DNA of 64,000 nucleotides from Escherichia coli (GTDB lineage Bacteria; Pseudomonadota; Gammaproteobacteria; Enterobacterales; Enterobacteriaceae): NCBI RefSeq assembly GCF_002854065.1, contig NZ_CP024147.1; one strand, 5' to 3'. Shown piece by piece: positions 56,166 to 64,000 of this stretch (position 1 is its first letter; each line of letters starts with the position of its first letter). The notes under the pieces were generated by a model. It saw only the letters and a program-made list of their open reading frames with translations, ran no database searches and was not told where the DNA came from. The position numbers and the translations under genes were made by a program.

Positions 56166-57608
56166 TTAAGCGGGTAATGTGATAACAAACCTTGTCCCCC
56201 GCGCATCTGACGTTACTGCAACCGTGCCTTTATGCGCGACAACAATCGATTTCACTATCGCCAGCCCAATGCCGCTACCTTCGCCTTTTCGTTGGCGGGA
56301 GGGGTCAACGCGGTAGAAACGGTCAAACAATCGCGGTAAGTGCTCGGGCGCAATGGGCGTACCGGGGTTTTCGACGATAACTTGCACCTGATGATCGACC
56401 GTCTGGCAGCGCACTACAATAGCCTCTCCGGGTGGCGTATAACGCAGGGCATTAGAAAGCAGGTTGCTTAATGCCCGACGCAGCATCAGCGGATCGCCCG
56501 CAACCTGACATTCGTCGCCAACAAATCGCAACTCCACGCCGCGATCTTCCGCTAACGCCTCGAAAAAATCGAACACTTTGCCGACTTCATCCGCCAGGTT
56601 GAGCATTTTCTTTTCGGGGATTAGCTGGTTGTTATCGGCCTGAGCGAGAAACAGCATATCGCTGACCATTTTCGCCATTCGCGTCAGCTCTTCGAGATTA
56701 GAGTAGAGCACATCTTCCAGCTCCTTCTGGCTGCGAGACTGGCTGAGGGCGATTTCCGTTTGCGTGATGAGATTGGTAATCGGCGTGCGAATTTCGTGAG
56801 CGATATCCGCTGAGAAATTGGACTGGCGGGTAAAGACATCCTCAATACGCTCGATCATATGGTTGAACGACAGTACCAGCTGTTCCAGCTCAATCGGCAC
56901 GGTCTGCGGGTCGAGGCGAACGTCGAGATCTTTCGAGGTGATATTCTGGATTTGACGGCTGACGCTGCGGATCGGCGCGTGACCTTTATGTACCGCCAAC
57001 AGCACGATAAAGACGATCAGGATGCTGATTACCGATGCGGTCATAATAAGTTTATTCATCAAATCATTTATGTAATGAAGATGAAAATCGATCGACAGCG
57101 CGATGTAGAGCGTATAAATCGGTTTGCCGTCCACCAACGGGCCAACCGGCAAGTTAATCATCCGCCAGTTGCTGTGTTCCATATGCCCGTGACCGTGGCC
57201 TGGCATCATAATTGTCGGGCCGGAAAGGAGATACACCTCGCCACCCCGCGCGTCTTTATCGGGTATGGCATCACGTGCAAACTCGCGGATATCCGGCGCA
57301 CCGGGGGAGTGATACACCGTTTTGCCGTGGCTATCTGCCAGGGAAATCAACACGTTGGAATAACCACTGACGATATCTTCCAGCGTCATTAAGCGTCGGG
57401 CTTGCGTTTCGTCAGGGTGATTTAGTACCCGTTCAAGGGTGGCGCTAATCTCTTTTAAATCATTAATATCCTGCTCGGCAAAATGCACTTTTACTGAGTG
57501 GATCATGATCCATGCAAAGGCGAAAAACGCCGCGATGGTGGCCAGGCTGATAAAAAAGGTCAGGCGGGTTGCCAGCGAAAACGGGCGCTGAAATGGCTTA
57601 CTGACCAT
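56166..57608 (-). CDS. cusS: copper/silver sensor histidine kinase
   Basis: 480 aa from [10 protein letters not shown]; HisKA/HATPase motifs. Confidence 0.9.
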
Positions 57609-58281
57609 CCGGCACCTCAAGCATGTAACCCACGCCGCGCACGGTTTGAATCAGCTTCGGCTCAAAGTCGTTGTCGATTTTGCCGCGTAGCCGCTTCACC
57701 GCCACATCAATAGCATTGGTATCGCTGTCAAAATTCATGTCCCATACCTGCGAGGCGATAAGCGAGCGGGGCAGCACTTCGCCCTGATGGCGAAGGAAGA
57801 ACTCCAGCAGAGTAAACTCTTTACTGGTCAAAGTGATGCGCGTGCCGCTGCGGGTGACTTTGCGGCTGACGAGATCGACCATCAAATCGGCAACCTGAAA
57901 CTGACTTTCGATAATCACCGCCGCCCCGCGCCGCAGTAATGTGCGCACCCGCGCCAGCAGTTCAGCAAAAGCGAATGGCTTCACCAGGTAGTCATCTGCC
58001 CCCAACTCCAGCCCCTTGACGCGATGTTCAATGGTGCCAAGCGCGGTAAGCAACAGAATCGGCATCCCTTTATTGGCGGAGCGTAACATGCGCACGATAT
58101 CCCAGCCGTTCACGTCCGGCAGCATAATATCGAGGATTATCAGATCATAATCACCGGTCATCGCCAGATGGTAGCCATTCAGCCCGTTGTCGGCCAAATC
58201 GACCACAAAACCGGCTTCGGTTAACCCTTTGGTCAAGTATTCTCCGGTTTTCTTTTCATCTTCGACAATCAACAGTTTCAT
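57598..58281 (-). CDS. cusR: copper/silver response regulator (OmpR family)
   Basis: 227-aa [19 protein letters not shown]. Confidence 0.92.
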
Positions 58282-58346
58282 ATTTCCTCCGCATGTTGCC
58301 CGGGCAATTCTAGAGTAGCGGGATCAGATGGCAATCGCTTATTGGC

Positions 58347-58368
58347 AAAATGACAATTTTGTCATTTT
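58347..58368. promoter_or_regulatory. CusR box palindrome AAAATGACAAttTTGTCATTTT
   Basis: Perfect 10-bp inverted repeat in the cusR-cusC divergent intergenic region. Confidence 0.6.
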
Positions 58369-58437
58369 CCTGTCACCGGAAAATCAGAGCCTGGCGAGTA
58401 AAGTTGGCGGTATAAAATCACCAGAAATTATGAGCCT

Positions 58438-59820
58438 ATGTCTCCTTGTAAACTTCTGCCATTTTGTGTGGCCCTTGCGCTAACCGGTTGTTCACTGGCA
58501 CCGGATTATCAGCGTCCGGCAATGCCCGTTCCTCAGCAGTTCTCACTCAGCCAGAACGGCTTGGTTAACGCAGCAGATAACTATCAGAACGCGGGCTGGC
58601 GCACCTTTTTTGTTGATAATCAGGTGAAGACGCTGATTAGCGAGGCGCTGGAGAATAACCGGGATTTGCGCATGGCGACGCTGAAAGTGCAGGAGGCACG
58701 GGCGCAATATCGTCTGACCGATGCCGACCGCTACCCACAGCTCAATGGCGAGGGCAGCGGCAGCTGGAGCGGTAATCTTAAAGGGAATACCGCCACGACA
58801 CGGGAGTTTTCGACCGGCCTTAACGCCAGCTTTGACCTCGATTTTTTCGGTCGCTTAAAGAACATGAGCGAAGCCGAGCGACAAAATTATTTAGCCACTG
58901 AGGAAGCTCAGCGCGCGGTGCATATTCTGCTGGTTTCTAATGTCGCGCAAAGCTATTTCAATCAGCAGCTGGCGTATGCGCAATTGCAAATAGCCGAAGA
59001 AACGCTGCGTAATTATCAGCAGTCATATGCGTTTGTTGAAAAACAACTGTTGACCGGTAGCAGCAATGTTCTGGCGCTGGAACAGGCTCGCGGGGTGATA
59101 GAAAGTACCCGCAGTGACATCGCTAAACGTCAGGGGGAACTGGCGCAGGCGAATAATGCATTGCAACTGTTATTGGGAAGCTACGGCAAGCTGCCGCAAG
59201 CGCAGACAGTAAACAGCGACAGCCTGCAAAGCGTTAAATTACCGGCGGGCTTGTCGTCGCAAATCTTATTGCAGCGCCCGGATATTATGGAAGCTGAACA
59301 CGCGTTAATGGCGGCTAATGCCAATATTGGGGCCGCACGCGCGGCATTTTTCCCATCTATAAGCCTGACCAGCGGAATATCAACCGCCAGCAGCGATCTG
59401 TCGTCATTATTTAACGCCAGCAGCGGGATGTGGAATTTTATTCCTAAAATTGAGATCCCCATTTTTAATGCCGGACGCAACCAGGCCAATCTGGATATCG
59501 CCGAAATTCGCCAGCAGCAGTCGGTAGTGAATTATGAACAGAAAATCCAGAACGCCTTTAAAGAAGTGGCAGATGCGCTGGCATTACGTCAAAGCCTGAA
59601 CGATCAAATCAGCGCCCAGCAGCGTTATCTGGCGTCGCTGCAAATTACTTTGCAACGGGCGCGGGCATTATATCAGCACGGCGCGGTAAGTTATCTGGAA
59701 GTGCTGGATGCCGAGCGTTCTTTATTTGCAACCCGACAAACCTTACTTGACCTGAATTATGCCCGTCAGGTCAACGAAATTTCTTTATATACCGCACTTG
59801 GTGGCGGTTGGCAGCAATAA
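58438..59820 (+). CDS. cusC: copper/silver efflux outer membrane factor
   Basis: 460-aa ORF with lipoprotein signal (LTGCSLA); TolC-like. Confidence 0.9.
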   Translation: MSPCKLLPFCVALALTGCSLAPDYQRPAMPVPQQFSLSQNGLVNAADNYQNAGWRTFFVDNQVKTLISEALENNRDLRMATLKVQEARAQYRLTDADRYPQLNGEGSGSWSGNLKGNTATTREFSTGLNASFDLDFFGRLKNMSEAERQNYLATEEAQRAVHILLVSNVAQSYFNQQLAYAQLQIAEETLRNYQQSYAFVEKQLLTGSSNVLALEQARGVIESTRSDIAKRQGELAQANNALQLLLGSYGKLPQAQTVNSDSLQSVKLPAGLSSQILLQRPDIMEAEHALMAANANIGAARAAFFPSISLTSGISTASSDLSSLFNASSGMWNFIPKIEIPIFNAGRNQANLDIAEIRQQQSVVNYEQKIQNAFKEVADALALRQSLNDQISAQQRYLASLQITLQRARALYQHGAVSYLEVLDAERSLFATRQTLLDLNYARQVNEISLYTALGGGWQQ

Positions 59821-59843
59821 TTTTTAACTCCAGGAGAGAATAA

Positions 59844-60176
59844 ATGAAAAAAGCACTGCAAGTCGCAATGTTCAGTCTGTTTACCGTTATTGGCTTTAAT
59901 GCCCAGGCTAACGAACATCATCATGAAACCATGAGCGAAGCACAACCACAGGTCATTAGTGCCACCGGCGTGGTAAAAGGTGTTGATCTGGAAAGCAAAA
60001 AAATCACCATCCATCACGATCCGATTGCTGCCGTGAGCTGGCCGGAGATGACCATGCGCTTTACCATCACTCCGCAGACGAAAATGAGTGAAATTAAAAC
60101 TGGCGACAAAGTGGCGTTTAATTTTGTCCAGCAGGGCAACCTTTCTTTATTACAGGATATTAAAGTCAGCCAGTAA
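59844..60176 (+). CDS. cusF: periplasmic copper chaperone
   Basis: 110-aa ORF with signal peptide. Confidence 0.9.
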   Translation: MKKALQVAMFSLFTVIGFNAQANEHHHETMSEAQPQVISATGVVKGVDLESKKITIHHDPIAAVSWPEMTMRFTITPQTKMSEIKTGDKVAFNFVQQGNLSLLQDIKVSQ

Positions 60177-60191
60177 CCCAGGTTTAATGAG

Positions 60192-61415
60192 ATGAAAAAA
60201 ATCGCGCTTATTATCGGCAGCATGATCGCGGGCGGTATTATTTCTGCGGCAGGTTTTACCTGGTTTGCAAAGGCGGAACCGCCCGCAGAAAAAACGTCGA
60301 CCGCAGAACGTAAAATCTTATTCTGGTACGACCCGATGTATCCCAATACGCGGTTCGATAAACCAGGTAAATCGCCGTTTATGGATATGGATCTGGTGCC
60401 GAAATATGCCGATGAAGAGAGTTCTGCGTCTGGTGTGCGCATTGACCCGACTCAGACGCAGAATCTGGGGGTGAAAACGGCTACCGTCACGCGCGGACCG
60501 CTGACTTTTGCCCAGAGTTTCCCGGCGAATGTCAGTTACAACGAGTATCAGTATGCCATTGTGCAGGCTCGCGCTGCCGGGTTTATCGACAAGGTGTATC
60601 CGCTTACCGTGGGCGATAAAGTGCAAAAGGGCACACCGCTTCTCGACCTGACCATTCCCGACTGGGTGGAAGCGCAGAGTGAGTATTTACTGCTGCGCGA
60701 AACCGGCGGTACGGCGACCCAGACTGAAGGCATTCTTGAGCGGCTGCGACTGGCGGGAATGCCGGAGGCGGATATTCGCCGCCTGATCGCCACGCAAAAA
60801 ATCCAGACTCGCTTTACGCTCAAAGCGCCCATTGATGGCGTGATCACCGCGTTTGATCTGCGCGCGGGAATGAATATCGCCAAAGATAACGTGGTAGCGA
60901 AAATTCAGGGTATGGACCCGGTGTGGGTCACTGCTGCGATCCCGGAGTCCATCGCCTGGCTGGTGAAAGATGCCTCGCAGTTTACGCTCACCGTTCCGGC
61001 GCGACCTGATAAAACACTCACCATCCGCAAATGGACGCTACTACCTGGCGTGGATGCCGCGACCCGCACGCTGCAGCTGCGTCTGGAAATCGACAACGCC
61101 GACGAGGCGCTAAAACCGGGAATGAACGCCTGGTTGCAACTCAATACCGCCAGCGAACCGATGCTGCTCATTCCGTCACAGGCGCTGATTGATACCGGCA
61201 ACGAACAGCGGGTGATTACCGTTGATGCCGACGGGCGCTTTGTACCAAAACGCGTTGCCGTTTTCCAGGCATCGCAAGGTGTCACCGCATTACGCTCTGG
61301 TCTGGCGGAAGGTGAAAAGGTGGTTTCCAGCGGCCTGTTCCTGATTGATTCCGAAGCCAATATTTCTGGCGCACTGGAGCGGATGCGCTCTGAAAGTGCT
61401 ACCCATGCGCATTGA
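60192..61415 (+). CDS. cusB: copper/silver efflux membrane fusion protein
   Basis: 407-aa ORF. Confidence 0.9.
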   Translation: MKKIALIIGSMIAGGIISAAGFTWFAKAEPPAEKTSTAERKILFWYDPMYPNTRFDKPGKSPFMDMDLVPKYADEESSASGVRIDPTQTQNLGVKTATVTRGPLTFAQSFPANVSYNEYQYAIVQARAAGFIDKVYPLTVGDKVQKGTPLLDLTIPDWVEAQSEYLLLRETGGTATQTEGILERLRLAGMPEADIRRLIATQKIQTRFTLKAPIDGVITAFDLRAGMNIAKDNVVAKIQGMDPVWVTAAIPESIAWLVKDASQFTLTVPARPDKTLTIRKWTLLPGVDAATRTLQLRLEIDNADEALKPGMNAWLQLNTASEPMLLIPSQALIDTGNEQRVITVDADGRFVPKRVAVFQASQGVTALRSGLAEGEKVVSSGLFLIDSEANISGALERMRSESATHAH

Positions 61416-61426
61416 GGGAATAACCA

Positions 61427-64000
61427 ATGATTGAATGGATTATTCGTCGCTCGGTGGCGAACCGTTTTCTGGTGCTGATGGGCGCGTTGTTTCTGAGTAT
61501 CTGGGGCACCTGGACCATCATTAACACGCCAGTGGATGCACTGCCGGATCTCTCCGATGTGCAGGTGATTATTAAAACCAGCTATCCCGGGCAGGCACCG
61601 CAAATCGTTGAAAATCAGGTGACTTATCCGCTAACTACCACCATGTTGTCGGTACCTGGCGCGAAGACTGTGCGCGGTTTCTCGCAGTTTGGCGACTCTT
61701 ATGTGTATGTCATTTTCGAAGATGGCACCGATCCGTACTGGGCGCGCTCGCGGGTGCTGGAGTACCTCAACCAGGTACAGGGTAAGCTGCCTGCGGGAGT
61801 CAGCGCCGAGCTGGGGCCAGATGCCACGGGTGTTGGCTGGATCTATGAATATGCATTGGTGGATCGCAGCGGTAAGCACGATCTGGCCGATTTACGCTCA
61901 TTGCAGGACTGGTTTCTCAAATATGAGCTAAAAACCATCCCTGACGTTGCGGAAGTGGCGTCGGTGGGCGGTGTGGTGAAAGAGTATCAGGTGGTTATCG
62001 ATCCCCAGCGCCTGGCGCAGTATGGCATCAGTCTCGGCGAAGTGAAAAATGCGCTGGATGCTTCAAACCAGGAAGCGGGCGGTTCGTCGATCGAACTGGC
62101 GGAAGCGGAATATATGGTGCGCGCCAGCGGCTATCTGCAAACGCTCGACGACTTTAATCACATCGTTTTAAAAGCCAGTGAAAATGGCGTGCCCGTTTAT
62201 CTGCGTGATGTTGCGAAGGTCCAGGTTGGCCCGGAGATGCGCCGGGGCATTGCCGAACTGAACGGCGAAGGCGAAGTTGCGGGCGGGGTGGTGATCCTGC
62301 GCTCCGGCAAAAACGCCCGAGAAGTGATCGCCGCCGTGAAGGACAAACTGGAAACGCTGAAAAGTAGTCTGCCGGAAGGCGTGGAGATAGTTACAACATA
62401 CGATCGCAGCCAGCTCATTGACCGGGCCATCGACAACCTCAGCGGCAAGTTGCTGGAAGAGTTTATTGTGGTGGCGGTAGTCTGTGCGCTGTTTCTCTGG
62501 CATGTGCGCTCGGCGCTGGTGGCGATTATTTCGTTGCCGCTGGGGTTGTGTATTGCTTTTATTGTCATGCACTTCCAGGGACTGAATGCCAATATTATGT
62601 CGTTGGGTGGCATTGCGATTGCCGTCGGGGCGATGGTCGATGCTGCTATCGTCATGATCGAGAATGCGCATAAACGGCTGGAAGAGTGGCAGCACCAGCA
62701 TCCTGACGCCACGCTGGATAATAAAACGCGCTGGCAGGTGATCACCGATGCGTCTGTTGAAGTGGGGCCGGCGCTGTTTATCAGTCTGCTGATTATCACG
62801 TTGTCGTTTATCCCGATCTTCACCCTGGAAGGGCAGGAAGGGCGTCTGTTTGGCCCGTTGGCGTTCACCAAAACGTATGCGATGGCGGGTGCGGCGCTGC
62901 TGGCGATCGTAGTGATCCCTATCCTGATGGGTTACTGGATCCGTGGCAAAATTCCGCCGGAAAGCAGTAACCCGCTCAATCGCTTTTTGATTCGTGTTTA
63001 TCATCCGCTATTGCTGAAAGTACTGCACTGGCCGAAAACCACGCTGCTGGTGGCAGCGCTTTCGGTGCTGACGGTTCTCTGGCCGCTCAATAAAGTTGGC
63101 GGGGAGTTTTTACCGCAGATCAATGAAGGCGACTTGTTATATATGCCATCGACGCTGCCGGGGATCTCCGCAGCAGAGGCGGCGAGTATGCTGCAAAAAA
63201 CCGACAAGCTGATTATGAGCGTACCTGAAGTGGCGCGGGTATTTGGCAAAACCGGGAAAGCGGAAACCGCCACCGATTCTGCTCCGCTGGAGATGGTAGA
63301 AACGACCATCCAGCTTAAGCCGCAGGATCAGTGGCGGCCAGGCATGACAATGGACAAAATCATTGAGGAACTGGATAACACCGTGCGTCTGCCGGGGCTG
63401 GCGAATCTGTGGGTGCCGCCAATTCGTAACCGTATCGATATGCTCTCAACCGGCATTAAAAGCCCCATCGGCATTAAAGTTTCCGGCACTGTGCTGGCGG
63501 ATATCGACGCGATGGCGGAGCAAATTGAAGAAGTGGCGCGAACGGTGCCAGGCGTAGCTTCTGCGCTTGCCGAGCGTCTGGAAGGTGGGCGCTATATCAA
63601 CGTTGAGATTAACCGTGAAAAAGCCGCGCGTTACGGTATGACGGTGGCGGATGTGCAGTTGTTTGTGACTTCTGCGGTGGGCGGGGCGATGGTTGGCGAA
63701 ACGGTGGAAGGGATTGCCCGTTATCCCATTAATCTGCGTTATCCGCAAAGCTGGCGCGATAGTCCGCAGGCACTGCGCCAGTTGCCGATCCTGACGCCGA
63801 TGAAGCAGCAAATCACCCTGGCAGACGTGGCCGACGTTAAAGTCTCTACCGGACCGTCGATGCTGAAAACCGAGAATGCGCGCCCGACGAGCTGGATTTA
63901 TATCGATGCCCGCGATCGTGACATGGTATCGGTGGTTCACGATTTGCAAAAAGCGATAGCTGAAAAAGTGCAGTTAAAACCGGGCACCAGCGTGGCATTC
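61427..64000 (+). CDS. cusA: copper/silver RND efflux pump, 5' partial (runs off window)
   Basis: Open frame from ATG 61427 ([27 protein letters not shown]) to window end; not in ORF track because no stop in window. Confidence 0.9.
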   Translation, partial: MIEWIIRRSVANRFLVLMGALFLSIWGTWTIINTPVDALPDLSDVQVIIKTSYPGQAPQIVENQVTYPLTTTMLSVPGAKTVRGFSQFGDSYVYVIFEDGTDPYWARSRVLEYLNQVQGKLPAGVSAELGPDATGVGWIYEYALVDRSGKHDLADLRSLQDWFLKYELKTIPDVAEVASVGGVVKEYQVVIDPQRLAQYGISLGEVKNALDASNQEAGGSSIELAEAEYMVRASGYLQTLDDFNHIVLKASENGVPVYLRDVAKVQVGPEMRRGIAELNGEGEVAGGVVILRSGKNAREVIAAVKDKLETLKSSLPEGVEIVTTYDRSQLIDRAIDNLSGKLLEEFIVVAVVCALFLWHVRSALVAIISLPLGLCIAFIVMHFQGLNANIMSLGGIAIAVGAMVDAAIVMIENAHKRLEEWQHQHPDATLDNKTRWQVITDASVEVGPALFISLLIITLSFIPIFTLEGQEGRLFGPLAFTKTYAMAGAALLAIVVIPILMGYWIRGKIPPESSNPLNRFLIRVYHPLLLKVLHWPKTTLLVAALSVLTVLWPLNKVGGEFLPQINEGDLLYMPSTLPGISAAEAASMLQKTDKLIMSVPEVARVFGKTGKAETATDSAPLEMVETTIQLKPQDQWRPGMTMDKIIEELDNTVRLPGLANLWVPPIRNRIDMLSTGIKSPIGIKVSGTVLADIDAMAEQIEEVARTVPGVASALAERLEGGRYINVEINREKAARYGMTVADVQLFVTSAVGGAMVGETVEGIARYPINLRYPQSWRDSPQALRQLPILTPMKQQITLADVADVKVSTGPSMLKTENARPTSWIYIDARDRDMVSVVHDLQKAIAEKVQLKPGTSVAF

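Noticed and set aside
62168-63949. Long minus-strand ORFs (278, 224, 167 aa) inside cusA
   Set aside because: They are antisense to a well-supported coding region, with low-complexity Arg/His-rich translations typical of spurious frames in GC-rich coding DNA.
1-64000. Search for a novel multi-gene system (defence island, secretion system, biosynthetic cluster) or CRISPR array
   Set aside because: Every ORF above ~100 aa that is not antisense to a recognised gene could be assigned to a known E. coli or lambdoid phage gene; intergenic spacings outside the prophage are ordinary; no repeat-spacer arrays were seen.

Overview
This window is an Escherichia coli chromosomal segment with K-12-like gene order. 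It is probably not K-12 itself: nmpC is intact, an IS1 and an IS2 are present, and the argU prophage is shorter than I remember for K-12 DLP12. All gene names are from my recognition of E. coli and phage lambda proteins in the ORF track, not from a database search. I found no CRISPR array, no rRNA, and no large unassigned gene cluster that would amount to a new biological system.

Gene content, 5' to 3':
- Allantoin/glyoxylate regulon: allA, allR, gcl-hyi-glxR-ybbW-allB-ybbY-glxK (+), allE-allC-allD (-), fdrA-ylbE-ylbF-ybcF (+).
- Housekeeping genes: purEK, lpxH, ppiB, cysS, ybcI, ybcJ-folD.
- sfmACDHF fimbrial operon, fimZ, and tRNA-Arg(UCU) argU.
- A ~16.5 kb defective lambdoid (DLP12-like) prophage integrated at argU, bounded by 47-bp direct repeats. 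It carries int, an xis-like ORF, a TraR-like gene, rusA, Q, the nmpC porin, an S-R-Rz/Rz1 lysis cassette, cos, a Nu1-V fusion, a G fragment, tfa, a methyltransferase, IS1, appY, and ompT interrupted by IS2.
- envY, ybcH, nfrA, nfrB, cusRS and cusCFBA (cusA runs off the 3' edge).

The most noteworthy observations are:
- nfrB carries two in-frame stop codons in an otherwise colinear 746-codon frame.
- ompT is split by an IS2 insertion with a 5-bp target duplication.
- A T5orf172-like prophage gene is interrupted by a single in-frame TAA.
- Two diverged copies of a stem-loop element show compensatory base changes.
- The prophage has lost its morphogenesis genes through deletions that left a Nu1-V chimeric ORF.

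Coordinates of gene starts may be off by a few codons.
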